Shown here: positions 33,818 to 43,542 of the stretch, in pieces
How the letters are laid out: each line of letters opens with the position of its first letter
How positions within the stretch are numbered: position 1 is the first letter of the stretch
DNA from: a virus
Strand: one strand, 5' to 3'
DNA length: 64,000 nucleotides
IMG/VR virus record: IMGVR_UViG_3300037069_002364
Span: 5,500 to 69,499 of that record
Made by a program: the position numbers and the translations under genes
The notes under the pieces: generated by a model
The model's database searches: none
Seen by the model: the letters and a program-made list of their open reading frames with translations, nothing else
What the model was told of the DNA's origin: nothing

Positions 33818-35575
33818 ATGACGACACTGCTCGACAACATCGTGGATCGGGCGGCGAACTTCGTCACGCGCGGCGAATATCAACGCTTTCGGGAAGCCCT
33901 GCCCGGGGTGGAAGCGCAACTCGCCATTGAGGATGCGGGGTGGGCGCGCTGGAACTCCCCCACGGGACGTGACGCGAACGATCTCCCCGATCAGGCGCGC
34001 GGTGAACTTGTCCGCCGCTCACGCAAATACTTCATCTATGATCCCTTGTGCCGTCAGGCGATCCGCCTCTTCGTCGGCTATTGCATCGGGCGTGGCCTCT
34101 CCATTCAGGCGAGCGACGCGACGGTGCCGAACCCGCCCGCCGAGGCACTTGACCCCCATGCGAACCCGAACCCCGTCACGCCGAGCGCCCACACCTTGCA
34201 GCAGGACGCCGATGAGTTCTGGGAGCACCCGGATAACGCCGTCGTCTTCTCCGTCCTCGGCCAGCACAAGAGCGCCGAGAAACTGAACATCGACGGCGAA
34301 CTCTTCTTCGTCGCCTTCCCGGGCGCGAGTCCGAGCGACGTGACGCGCGTGCGCACGCTGATGGACTGCCTCGAAGTGACGAAGATCATCACCAACCCCG
34401 ACGACTATTCGGAGGTCTGGTATTACCTGCGTCAGTGGAACGACATCGCGGGCGGGCGGCAATCGCTCCTCTACCCCGATATTGCCCTCCACGACCGCGA
34501 GGGTGGTCTGCCGCCGATCACCGACGCGATGTTCCGCGCCTACCAGTTGCCGGAAAGTGTCAAGATTGCCTCCTGCAACGACGACATGGACACGCCCTAC
34601 ATCCTGCACATCCCGCTCAATACGGTCGGCTTGCGCGGCTATCCGACGCTCACCCCGGCGATGGACTGGGCGAAGATGCAGCGGAAGTTCCTTGAGGACC
34701 GCGCGACGATCAGCGCCGCACATGCCCGCTTCGCGTGGGAGCGGAAGATCAGCGGGCCGCAGAGCGCCCTCGCGAATCTGCCGCAGGGAGCCAACGCGGG
34801 CAGTCCGACCGGCCCCTTCATGCCGGGGACGACCTACCCGGGGATGGCCTACCCCGCAGCGGCGACCCTCAGTACGAACGGCGGCGCGTCGTGGACACCC
34901 GTCAACGCGCAGGCGGGCGGTCAGAACGCCTACATCGAGAGCCGCAACTTCACCTTGCAGTTCTGCCGCGCGGTCGGCCTGCCCGAGCACTATTTCGCCG
35001 ATGGCAGTATGGGGACGCGGGCGACCTCGAAGACGATGGAGCGCCCGGTCGAACTGCTCTTCACCGACTTCCAGACCGTTTTCAAGAGCATCTACGGTCG
35101 CCTCTTTGCCTTCGCGATGGCGGTCAAGGGACGCACCTACGACGCGCACGCCGTCCGGGTGGATGCGCCGAAGATTCTCGAAGCGGACACCGAGACGATC
35201 ATCGCCTCGCTCGTGGAACTGATCGGTGTCTTGCCGGAGTTCGACATCGAGGAGATGCGCCTGATGGTGCTCAACGTCCTGATGCTCGACAACCCGCAAG
35301 ACCTCCTGCCGAAGATCGCCACGAAGCGCAAGGAACTGGACGACTACCAAATGCAACTGGCCGAACTGATGTCCGGCTCACCCGACCTGATGGAACCCCC
35401 GGACACGAACGATCCCGAGGGGAACGCGCGCAAACTGGCGGCGACACAGCAGTTGATCAAGAACACCTCCCGCGCGGGCCAGTTTGCCCCGGGCGAGGCA
35501 GGCTCCCCATTGACCGCCCGCAAACTCGCTCCGGCGAAAACGAAGATCGCCGACGATCCCACACGCCTCAAATAA
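33818..35575 (+). CDS. Portal protein
   Basis: 585 aa after terL; DGELFF and YFADGSMGTRATSKTMERP portal-type segments. Confidence 0.85.
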   Translation: MTTLLDNIVDRAANFVTRGEYQRFREALPGVEAQLAIEDAGWARWNSPTGRDANDLPDQARGELVRRSRKYFIYDPLCRQAIRLFVGYCIGRGLSIQASDATVPNPPAEALDPHANPNPVTPSAHTLQQDADEFWEHPDNAVVFSVLGQHKSAEKLNIDGELFFVAFPGASPSDVTRVRTLMDCLEVTKIITNPDDYSEVWYYLRQWNDIAGGRQSLLYPDIALHDREGGLPPITDAMFRAYQLPESVKIASCNDDMDTPYILHIPLNTVGLRGYPTLTPAMDWAKMQRKFLEDRATISAAHARFAWERKISGPQSALANLPQGANAGSPTGPFMPGTTYPGMAYPAAATLSTNGGASWTPVNAQAGGQNAYIESRNFTLQFCRAVGLPEHYFADGSMGTRATSKTMERPVELLFTDFQTVFKSIYGRLFAFAMAVKGRTYDAHAVRVDAPKILEADTETIIASLVELIGVLPEFDIEEMRLMVLNVLMLDNPQDLLPKIATKRKELDDYQMQLAELMSGSPDLMEPPDTNDPEGNARKLAATQQLIKNTSRAGQFAPGEAGSPLTARKLAPAKTKIADDPTRLK

Positions 35576-35587
35576 GGAGCCAGCAGT

Positions 35588-35956
35588 ATGGCAGAACTGA
35601 TTGCCGGTCCCGGGGGTATCCCCGAGGACCAGAAGGGCGATGCCTCGGGCGAGGCGTACGTGAATGCGGGGGCGGGGGCGGCGGTCGCCGTCGCCGGGGT
35701 CTCGAACACGAATGTCGGCACCGACACGCCCTACACCTTCGCCTCGACCGTCCACCACATCGCGCTCCAAAACAACACCGCCGCCGCCCTCAACTACAAC
35801 TTCGATGCGACGGCGACGGCGGGCAGTTTCGCACTCGCCGCAGGTGCGCTCGTCCTCTTTGATGTTCCCTGCACCGTCCTCCATCTCCTGACCGCCGCCG
35901 CGCAGAGCGTCAACGGCGCGACGGCAGCGGGCATCGTCCTCAAAGGGTGGGCCTAA
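35588..35956 (+). CDS. Hypothetical, probably structural, protein
   Basis: AAGGAG RBS; Ala/Gly/Thr-rich beta-type composition. Confidence 0.6.
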   Translation: MAELIAGPGGIPEDQKGDASGEAYVNAGAGAAVAVAGVSNTNVGTDTPYTFASTVHHIALQNNTAAALNYNFDATATAGSFALAAGALVLFDVPCTVLHLLTAAAQSVNGATAAGIVLKGWA

Positions 35957-37795
35957 ATGCCAACGAAAGCCAAGGGCAAATATGCCGATGTGCCAGCGGA
36001 GGACTTCGCCGGTCCCCATCGGTCGTTTCCCATTGATTCGCCCGAGCACTTCAAGAGCGCCCTCCATCTCGTCGGCCACGCGGATGACCCGGCAGCGGTG
36101 CGTGCCCGGGCGATTGCCATTGCCAAGCGCAAGGGCTACCCGATGCCTGCGGGGGTCAAGGAATCCGACGCGCCCGCGACCGCCATGCGGGAGTCGGTCA
36201 GTCCGACGATGAACGACGGCGACGTGAAGAGCGCCATCCAGCGGGAGATGGACGCCGAGCACGAAGCGACGAAGCCGCGTAACGACTACAGCGGCCCGGG
36301 TCAGGTCGGGGACGTATACGATACGTTCTTCACCTTCACGAAGGGGTACGACAGCGGCTACGGTACGCCGAAGCACTTCGCACGCGGCTACAAGGTGGAC
36401 GGCACGCACAAGGCGACACTCGGCCCGCACTCGCGCCCCGTCGTCAAGAAGGCCGTCTACATGGATGTCGATCCCGACCATGACGGCGACAACGACCTGA
36501 CGAACCCGGATGAGAGTAAGGAGAGCGCCGCCTTCGATGGCGAGACGCCCCACACGCTCGTCTATCTCGCGGAAGCGGGCAGCCGCCACTCGCAAGACGA
36601 TAAGGCGCGTATCCAGTCGATCCACGACTCGGCGCACTCCATCGTCCATCACGCGGTCGAGATGCTTGGCCCCTCGACGCCGCCCGCCGATGCCTACGGG
36701 AGCGGCTTCCTGCCGATGATGCAGTCCACACGCGAGAGCGACTTGCCCCTCCTGGAGAGCGGCGAGGACGTAGCGATCACCGACATCGGGGTGATCACCT
36801 CCTTCACGGAATCGACGGGTGGCACCAATAAGGGCACCTTCGATATGACGATTATTCGTCCCGGCTTCAACACGAGCGGGAAACGGTACTACACGAAGGG
36901 AGCGATTACCGAAGCAGCCACAAAGAACCTCTTCACGGATCGGAAGATGTACATCGACCATCCGACCGTACGCGAGGAAAAGGAACTCCCCGAACGGAGT
37001 TTTTCCCGCATCGGGGCAGTGATCAAGGAGACGTATCTCGGTACGGAGGGGGAACTGCGGGGTCGGGCGGCAATCGTCAACCCGCAACTCAAAGAGACGC
37101 TGGCGCTCTACAAGGAACAGGGCGTGCTGCATCATGTCGGCGTCTCCATCAACGCCACCGGCACCGTGCGTGAGGGCGAAGTCGAAGGTCGCCAGACGCA
37201 CATTGTCGAGGGCTTTACCTCGGGAAAGAGCGTCGATTTCGTCACCGAGCCAGGTGCCGGTGGGCGAATCGGCCTCTACGAAAGTGATCGCGGGGACGCA
37301 CCCGTGATGGAAACCCATAAGGAGCCACCAGTGAACGAAGAGCAGGCCAAGCAGATTCTCGCGGAACTGGCAGAAGTCAAGGAGTCCAACGCGAAGTTGA
37401 GCGCCCAACTGACCGAGAGCGATAAGCGCGCCACGGACGCGGAAGCCCGCGCCGCAGTACAGGCGAAGGTCGCCACCCGCCTCGCAGCGGTCAGCGAGAC
37501 CGAACTGCCCGCGATTGCCAAGGAGCGGATTGCCCGCATGTTTGAGAGCGCGACGAACGCCGACCGCCTCGAAGAGGCCGTGACGAGCGAGATCGCCTAC
37601 ATCAAGAGTGCCGCCGAAGCGATTGCCCCGAAAGCGGCGGCGCGCGGTGGTGTGACGGGCCTCGGCTCGCGCGTCACGGAGGGCGCGCAGGACGTGATCG
37701 CCCCCTCGGAGAACAAGGAACTCGTGGAAGCGATGTCCTCGATGTTCGGTGGTGCGGAGAGCGCACGCGACCTGATCAAGCAGATGGTCGGCTAA
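35957..37795 (+). CDS. Prohead protease with N-terminal extra domain and C-terminal scaffold
   Basis: IIRPGFNTSGKRYY...MYIDHP...VGVSINA...SVDFVTEPGAGGRI, followed by a helical scaffold region. Confidence 0.85.
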   Translation: MPTKAKGKYADVPAEDFAGPHRSFPIDSPEHFKSALHLVGHADDPAAVRARAIAIAKRKGYPMPAGVKESDAPATAMRESVSPTMNDGDVKSAIQREMDAEHEATKPRNDYSGPGQVGDVYDTFFTFTKGYDSGYGTPKHFARGYKVDGTHKATLGPHSRPVVKKAVYMDVDPDHDGDNDLTNPDESKESAAFDGETPHTLVYLAEAGSRHSQDDKARIQSIHDSAHSIVHHAVEMLGPSTPPADAYGSGFLPMMQSTRESDLPLLESGEDVAITDIGVITSFTESTGGTNKGTFDMTIIRPGFNTSGKRYYTKGAITEAATKNLFTDRKMYIDHPTVREEKELPERSFSRIGAVIKETYLGTEGELRGRAAIVNPQLKETLALYKEQGVLHHVGVSINATGTVREGEVEGRQTHIVEGFTSGKSVDFVTEPGAGGRIGLYESDRGDAPVMETHKEPPVNEEQAKQILAELAEVKESNAKLSAQLTESDKRATDAEARAAVQAKVATRLAAVSETELPAIAKERIARMFESATNADRLEEAVTSEIAYIKSAAEAIAPKAAARGGVTGLGSRVTEGAQDVIAPSENKELVEAMSSMFGGAESARDLIKQMVG

Positions 37796-37845
37796 CCACG
37801 ACCCGAACTGTACTTATATAAGTACGCAGTTGAAAGGAACCTCTA

Positions 37846-38211
37846 GTGGCCCTCAACGAGCAGCAACAGCCCGGTAATGTCTTTGTGGCGACGCTGGCGG
37901 GTATTGCCAGTGGCGCACCGGCGAACGTCGGCCAGTTCACGGGCGTTGCCCCGGTGGGCAGCGTGACGATTGACGGCGTGGCGAACCAGTGCGTGATCGA
38001 CATGTCGCACAAATATTGGAATCTCTCGGTCAAGGGCGTCACGAACGGCGCGGTCAGTGCCGCCGTTGCGGTGGGCGACCAACTCTACATCAATCTCGCG
38101 CACACTCCGGCGATTGACAAGGACACGACGGGCGTCCCCTTCGGCATCGCCGCAGGCGCGGTTGCCTCCGGTGCGACGACGACGATCTCCGTCCGCCACG
38201 GCGCGATTTAG
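37846..38211 (+). CDS. DUF2190-like head decoration protein
   Basis: AVAVGDQLYIN...GVPFGIAAGAVASGATTTISVR; precedes the capsid gene. Confidence 0.75.
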   Translation: MALNEQQQPGNVFVATLAGIASGAPANVGQFTGVAPVGSVTIDGVANQCVIDMSHKYWNLSVKGVTNGAVSAAVAVGDQLYINLAHTPAIDKDTTGVPFGIAAGAVASGATTTISVRHGAI

Positions 38212-38235
38212 TCCCTTCCCCGCTGTCGCTTTTGT

Positions 38236-38256
38236 GCCCCCGCGTGGGGGCTTTTT
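38236..38256 (+). terminator. Intrinsic terminator-like hairpin directly upstream of the capsid gene
   Basis: GCCCCC-GCGT-GGGGGC-TTTTT. Confidence 0.65.
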
Positions 38257-38274
38257 CGTGTGCAGGAGCAACCA

Positions 38275-39486
38275 ATGGACGAGTTTGACCAGAAGCGCGA
38301 TTTCCTCTCGCTCTACGAGTCGGTCGAGAACGAGGAAGACCTTTCCGCGTGGCACCGCACGACCAAAGAGAACATGCGCCGCCGCGTGAAGAACCCCCTC
38401 TACCAGAAGAAACTGGCCGCTGTCGTCCGCTTTGTCGAGGCGGTACGTGATGACCGCCTCAGTGACAACGCGATCCGTGAAGCGATGTCCACGGCGGACT
38501 TCACGACCCTGACGACCAACATCCTCTCCTGGAAACTGGCGCAGGCGTACCAGTCCTACCCGCTCATTCAGGGGCCGTATGTCCGCAAGGGCAAGGTGCA
38601 GGACTTCCGCGTGGCGCGGACGACCCGCCTCGACGGGCTGGATCAGCCCTTCACCGTCGTTCCCGAGTTCGGCGAATACCCCGAGGGGACGCAGAGCGAA
38701 CGCGGCTACGGCTACAAGGTGCAGAAACTCGGCAAGGGCTTCGGCCTCTCGTTCGAGGCGAAGGTCAACGACTTCCTCGGCATCTTCGATGACACCCCGA
38801 CCGATTTGGCCCGGGGCGCGCGGAACACCGAGACCTACCGCACGACGCAGTTGTACATGGGCGCATCCGGCCCGATCAACTCCTACGTCGATTACGCGGG
38901 CGTCACCCGCAAGGTCTTCGATGCCTCGAACAACAACTTCGGCCACGGCGTCCTCAACTTCGCCAACCTCTCTGCCGCGATCACCGCGATGATGAGCCAA
39001 TTGAGCGAGAGCGGCCAGCCGATTGTCAACGTGCCGAAGTTCCTCGAAGTGCCGCCGAACCTCTACCTGCTCGCCAAGCAGTTGATTTCCCCGGGCAACC
39101 TCTTCGCCGCGACGGTTGGGCGCACCGATGCCGCCGCAGCGGGGCCGACCGTGGGTGTGAGCACGAACTACCTCGCCGAGCAGGGCATCCAAGTCGTGAT
39201 GAACCCCTTCCTCCCCGTGGTCGGCTCGACCGCGAACGGGCAGACGAGTTGGTTCCTCTGGGGCGATCCGCAGTTCGGCAGCGCCATCGAGGTCGGCTAT
39301 CTCGCCGGTCACGAGTCGCCGGAACTCTGGATGCGCAAGCCGAACGCGATCATCGTCGCCGGGGGCGAAGTGCCGATGGACGAAGGCTCCTTCGAGAACG
39401 ACACCCTCCAGTGGCGGGCGCGCATGTTCTTCGGCGGGACGATGCTCAATCCCAAATTTGCGTACGCCAGCGATGGCACGGTCTAG
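38275..39486 (+). CDS. Major capsid protein (Mu gpT-like)
   Basis: EAMSTADF, VQDFR...VPEFGEYP, KLGKGFGLSFEAKVND, PKFLEVPPNL, IEVGYLAGHESPEL. Confidence 0.9.
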   Translation: MDEFDQKRDFLSLYESVENEEDLSAWHRTTKENMRRRVKNPLYQKKLAAVVRFVEAVRDDRLSDNAIREAMSTADFTTLTTNILSWKLAQAYQSYPLIQGPYVRKGKVQDFRVARTTRLDGLDQPFTVVPEFGEYPEGTQSERGYGYKVQKLGKGFGLSFEAKVNDFLGIFDDTPTDLARGARNTETYRTTQLYMGASGPINSYVDYAGVTRKVFDASNNNFGHGVLNFANLSAAITAMMSQLSESGQPIVNVPKFLEVPPNLYLLAKQLISPGNLFAATVGRTDAAAAGPTVGVSTNYLAEQGIQVVMNPFLPVVGSTANGQTSWFLWGDPQFGSAIEVGYLAGHESPELWMRKPNAIIVAGGEVPMDEGSFENDTLQWRARMFFGGTMLNPKFAYASDGTV

Positions 39487-39511
39487 GATCACTAATTAGG
39501 GGAGTCGCCTG

Positions 39512-39949
39512 ATGCCACTCGCAAGTTATGTCGCGACGTACACGGGCGGCTCCTCCCAGATCGACACGATCCGCCGCCTGATCATGGACATCGACGTGGA
39601 CACGGTGCCTCCCTCGGGGCCGCCCGCTGCCCGCTCGGACTGGTCGTGCATCTTCGTGGATTCGGAGATCATGGCCGTCGCCGCCAACTATCCCGTCAAC
39701 ACGGCGTATCTGGCGGCGGCGGAACTGCTCGACAACATCGCCGCGAACGCCGCCTTCCTCGCGAAGCGCATTCGCATCGGTGACTACGAGGAGGACACCA
39801 AGACGGTGAGCCGTGAGTTGCATGCGCAGGCAGACGCGCTGCGGCACCTCCTGGACACGGTTCCCGCCGAACTGATCACCAACGAGCCATACACCGATGC
39901 GAACTGGGCGCGGATCGTCATTGCGCCCGGTGCGACGGTCACGGGGTAA
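39512..39949 (+). CDS. Head-tail adaptor (probable)
   Basis: DTIRRLIMDID...IFVDSEI...AAAELLDNIA; position after capsid. Confidence 0.7.
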   Translation: MPLASYVATYTGGSSQIDTIRRLIMDIDVDTVPPSGPPAARSDWSCIFVDSEIMAVAANYPVNTAYLAAAELLDNIAANAAFLAKRIRIGDYEEDTKTVSRELHAQADALRHLLDTVPAELITNEPYTDANWARIVIAPGATVTG

Positions 39950-39952
39950 GCG

Positions 39953-40318
39953 ATGCCGATTCAATCGAACACGCTGCTGCGTGACACCGCGAACCTCGTC
40001 GGCCCGGGGACAACCCTCGCCGACGATGGGTACGGCAACCTCGAAGCGGGGCCGACGACCGATGTCGTCAAGCAGGCGAACATCAAGGTCGGCCTCTTCC
40101 CCATGTCCACGGTGCATGACTGGATTCGCAAACTCGGCGGTGGCCCGGAGAACACCCGCGACTGGCAGGTGGCCCTTCCGGGCCGCTACGAGGTGGTGAC
40201 GGGCTACGCCTTCGTCGTCCCTGCCGGGGCCAATCCCGGCACCTACCGCGTCAAGCAAGTGACCCGGGGGCCGACCCGCGCCTCCCTGACCTTGTGTATC
40301 TGTAATCGAGAGAAGTGA
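39953..40318 (+). CDS. Head closure/stopper protein (probable)
   Basis: Synteny; DDGYG and TYRVKQV beta-rich pattern. Confidence 0.6.
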   Translation: MPIQSNTLLRDTANLVGPGTTLADDGYGNLEAGPTTDVVKQANIKVGLFPMSTVHDWIRKLGGGPENTRDWQVALPGRYEVVTGYAFVVPAGANPGTYRVKQVTRGPTRASLTLCICNREK

Positions 40319-40333
40319 TTGAGGAGTTGATCA

Positions 40334-40615
40334 ATGGATAACCAGAACCTTCCTCCGGGCGCGTTCGTCACGGACGAGGTGGCGCAAGAAGCCGCTCCCG
40401 TCGCCGAACCCGTTGCCGAACCCGCCGACGACGACCTCTATGCCGCTGCGACGCATGACGCCGCCAACGGCCTGATGATCATCTCCTCGCCGGGTGGTCA
40501 GGGCGTGCGCGAGATTACCGCCGCGCAGTGGCCCCGCTATGCGGGCAGTGAGCGCGAGTGGGTGATCAAGCAGAGCAACTATGTCGGCGCGCATCACAGC
40601 GACAACGTGTTCTAA
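40334..40615 (+). CDS. Hypothetical protein in neck module
   Basis: GAGGAG RBS. Confidence 0.6.
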   Translation: MDNQNLPPGAFVTDEVAQEAAPVAEPVAEPADDDLYAAATHDAANGLMIISSPGGQGVREITAAQWPRYAGSEREWVIKQSNYVGAHHSDNVF

Positions 40616-40618
40616 GCG

Positions 40619-41239
40619 ATGTCGTTCCGGGTGACGGGCCAGATCAATACGTCACGCCTCCGCCTCACACGGGGGTTCGTGGAATCGCTCGCGGGCGAGA
40701 TGCGGGACACCCTCGATGTCGTGCGCAAAGAGGGCGAGGATTTTCTCAGGAGCATCGTCCCCGTGGATCAGGGCTTCCTCGTGCAGTCGGCCCACGGCGG
40801 CACGAACCAAGTGGTCGTCTACTGGGCGGTCGCGATTGCGCCCAATCCCGAGCGCGACGCTCCCTATGCCGTCTATCAGAACCGGGGCTGGACGGATCGC
40901 GGCGGCGGCTTCCACGAAGGACACTTCTTCATGGAGCGCACCGAGGCGTTCGGCGCGGCCCTGCTCTACCGGATGACCGGGGACGTGCTGGCCCGTGTGG
41001 GCTTCATCAACGCCGCCCAGAAGGTGCCCGGTGGACTGGCGGGCATCGAGGAAGCCCTCGGCCCCGCCCCAACGATGGGCAAGGGTGTCGCGCGCCAACT
41101 CGCCCACATCGCCCGTGTCCGCAGTGGGACGGGGATTGTCGCCAGTTACGACCGTGTGCGTGAAGCGCAAGGGATTGCCGCCAGTCGGCGGGCGCTGCTA
41201 GGGAGTACCCGCGCCACCCGCGACATCATCAGCCGTTAG
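40619..41239 (+). CDS. Neck/tail completion protein (HK97 gp10-like)
   Basis: IVPVDQGFLVQS...APYAVYQNRG...GHFFMER. Confidence 0.7.
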   Translation: MSFRVTGQINTSRLRLTRGFVESLAGEMRDTLDVVRKEGEDFLRSIVPVDQGFLVQSAHGGTNQVVVYWAVAIAPNPERDAPYAVYQNRGWTDRGGGFHEGHFFMERTEAFGAALLYRMTGDVLARVGFINAAQKVPGGLAGIEEALGPAPTMGKGVARQLAHIARVRSGTGIVASYDRVREAQGIAASRRALLGSTRATRDIISR

Positions 41240-41248
41240 GAGTCCGCT

Positions 41249-41677
41249 ATGGATGATGATGTCGTACGCGCAATCATCACGCAACTGCGCACCATCACGG
41301 GCATTACCGCCCTCGTCGGCACGCGCATCTACCCCGCCGCGCAAGTGCCCCCCGACGCCCCCTTCCCGCGTGGCTATGTCGGTCAGGCAGCGGGGGGCAC
41401 CGATCAATGGTCGGACGGCGGTCAGTATGACACGCGCCTGCCGTGGTTCTCGGTCGAATGGGTGACACGCACCATCGAATCCCCGACCGCGAACAAGGAT
41501 GTCCAGACCCTCGACGCGCTGGCGAACACCGCCCTGCGCGGCACGATCAGCCTGCCCAACCTCACCTACCTGCGCCGCTACCGGACCCTGCGGCCCGAGG
41601 TGCAGGATAACGATAACGTGGAGTACATCTCCGGTGGCGGTCTCTGGATCGCCCTGCGCGAGTACTCCTACTCCTAA
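41249..41677 (+). CDS. Tail terminator protein (DUF3168-like)
   Basis: ITALVGTRIYPAAQVPPDAPFP; position before major tail. Confidence 0.75.
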   Translation: MDDDVVRAIITQLRTITGITALVGTRIYPAAQVPPDAPFPRGYVGQAAGGTDQWSDGGQYDTRLPWFSVEWVTRTIESPTANKDVQTLDALANTALRGTISLPNLTYLRRYRTLRPEVQDNDNVEYISGGGLWIALREYSYS

Positions 41678-41690
41678 GTTTCCGTTGTGC

Positions 41691-41718
41691 GCCGCCTTCG
41701 TGTTGAGGGCGGCTTTTT
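41691..41718 (+). terminator. Intrinsic terminator-like hairpin directly upstream of the major tail gene
   Basis: GCCGCCTTC-GTGTT-GAGGGCGGC-TTTTT. Confidence 0.65.
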
Positions 41719-41745
41719 CGCGTTCCCACGCAAGGAGCACGCCCG

Positions 41746-42792
41746 ATGCCACGTTGGATTGAGACGTTTTCAAAGGCGTATATCGGCTTTGAATTCGAGA
41801 GCCAGCCGTTCACGTCCCTGCCGATGAGCGATCTGGACAGCCCCGCTGCCCGCACGAACTTCTATATCACCGACCGCACGAAGCAGTATTTCGACATCGC
41901 CGCCACGATCACCGTCCTCAACAACGGCGTCGCGGTCACGCAGGCGAGCAATCCCTACACCTTGCAGCGGCTCGGCGGTATCGTCCGCTTCGCCAGCCCG
42001 CTGCCCGTCTTCCTCACTGACCCGGCGACTACCCTCACCCCGACCCCATCGGCCACAGGTGGCACGATCCCGGCAGGCGTCTATCCCGTCTCCTACACCT
42101 ATGTCCAGGTGACGGGCAAGGAGACAAAGCCCGCGCCGGTCGCCAGTGTCACGACCACGGGTGCGACATCGACCATCACCACAGGCGCGGCTCCGGCCCT
42201 GCCAACGGGCGCGACGGCGGTCAACTGGTACGTCGGCACGGCGGGCGGTGGTGCCAGCAGCCTCGTCCTCCAGTCGAGCACGGCGGGCGTCACAGGCGTC
42301 ACCTTCGGCTCCCTCCCGGCAGCGGGCGCGCAGGCCGCACCGACGACGAACGGCACCTCACTGGTGACGATCTCGGGGTCGAGCCTGCCCGTGTACCGCA
42401 TGCTCGGCGCGAAGAACGTCGGTAACACCGCGCAACGCGCCGAGATCGACACGACCGGCTCCGGTGACACCGACATGACAGGCGCACCGGGTCGCCCGAA
42501 GCGTGGCGGCTCCTTCACCTTCATCCCGGGCGCGACGATTGTCAACGCTGCCGGGAAGACGGTCGGCCTCAAGACGATGATCGAGACTGCCGCCAAAGCG
42601 GGCACCGAGGTCGTCACCGTGACGGTCAACGACATTCGTGACGCCATGCAGCCCCGGGACGCTTCCTACAACTTCGTCGGCAACACCGACATGCAACGCA
42701 ACTTGAACGCCGCCATCGACATGCCGGTGACGCTCTATCAGGCCGCGTGCAACGACGCCGACTCGTACAACTTCATAGATTACGTCGCATAG
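41746..42792 (+). CDS. Major tail (tube) protein with inserted Thr/Ala-rich beta domain
   Basis: Position before chaperone/TMP; RAEIDTT...GGSFTF tube-type C-terminal part. Confidence 0.7.
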   Translation: MPRWIETFSKAYIGFEFESQPFTSLPMSDLDSPAARTNFYITDRTKQYFDIAATITVLNNGVAVTQASNPYTLQRLGGIVRFASPLPVFLTDPATTLTPTPSATGGTIPAGVYPVSYTYVQVTGKETKPAPVASVTTTGATSTITTGAAPALPTGATAVNWYVGTAGGGASSLVLQSSTAGVTGVTFGSLPAAGAQAAPTTNGTSLVTISGSSLPVYRMLGAKNVGNTAQRAEIDTTGSGDTDMTGAPGRPKRGGSFTFIPGATIVNAAGKTVGLKTMIETAAKAGTEVVTVTVNDIRDAMQPRDASYNFVGNTDMQRNLNAAIDMPVTLYQAACNDADSYNFIDYVA

Positions 42793-42830
42793 GCAACACG
42801 ACTCGTTCGTGTCTCCCATTGCGTGTGGAT

Positions 42831-42863
42831 GCGGTGAGGGAATTGTCCCTCACCGCTCTTTTT
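42831..42863 (+). terminator. Intrinsic terminator after major tail gene
   Basis: GCGGTGAGGGA-ATTG-TCCCTCACCGC-TCTTTTT. Confidence 0.8.
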
Positions 42864-42882
42864 GATTCAGGAGGTATCCCCG

Positions 42883-43350
42883 ATGGCGAAGACGCTCGAT
42901 TTCTCCGCTGCCAAGGCACACCGCACGAAAGACGTGACGGAATACATCGTTGAACTCAACCCCGAGGACATGGGCCTCGCGCTGACCGCCGAGGAGATGG
43001 GCGTCGATGAGAACGGCAAGCCAAACAAGATGATCGCCGTCAAATTCCGCCCCTTCACGCGCGACGAATATAACGACATTTTGGAAGCAATCAAGGACGA
43101 GAAGGGCACGGCATGGGTGGACGAGAAGGACTTCATGATCGTCCAACTCTGCCTCCTCGAACCCGCCATCCCGCCCACCGCCGAGGGGCGCAAGTTCCTT
43201 GAGGGGTGGCTGCCGGGGACGGTCGCCAATGTGCGCCAGCAGATCGAAGAACATAGCGGCTACCGCCGTAATTACTTTGTCGAAAAAGCAACTGACGCAA
43301 TAAAAAACTTGCCAGCCGGGACGCCGAATCGTACATCCTCCTCAAAGTAA
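42883..43350 (+). CDS. Tail assembly chaperone G
   Basis: GGAGG RBS; between tail tube and TMP; slippery site near 3' end. Confidence 0.8.
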   Translation: MAKTLDFSAAKAHRTKDVTEYIVELNPEDMGLALTAEEMGVDENGKPNKMIAVKFRPFTRDEYNDILEAIKDEKGTAWVDEKDFMIVQLCLLEPAIPPTAEGRKFLEGWLPGTVANVRQQIEEHSGYRRNYFVEKATDAIKNLPAGTPNRTSSSK

Positions 43351-43541
43351 CCGCCGCCTATCGCATGACCTTCGCGCAGTGGGATGCCCTCCCTCGGGGG
43401 GAGCAATGGCTGCGCGCGGTCGAGTGGCTGGAGGTGCGTGAAGCGGAGCAGGAAGCGTCGGAGGAACGGCACGAACAGCAGATGAACGCAATCGCCGCTG
43501 CCGAACTGCAACGCGGGTTCGACAAAGGATTAGGTGGCTAG
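43302..43541 (+). CDS. -1 frameshift extension (GT chaperone)
   Basis: A AAA AAC heptamer at 43302-43308 in frame; -1 frame reads KLASRDAESYILLKVTAAYRMTFAQWDALPRGEQW... to TAG 43541, just before the TMP ATG. Confidence 0.8.
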   Translation, partial: KKLASRDAESYILLKVTAAYRMTFAQWDALPRGEQWLRAVEWLEVREAEQEASEERHEQQMNAIAAAELQRGFDKGLGG

Positions 43542-43542
43542 G

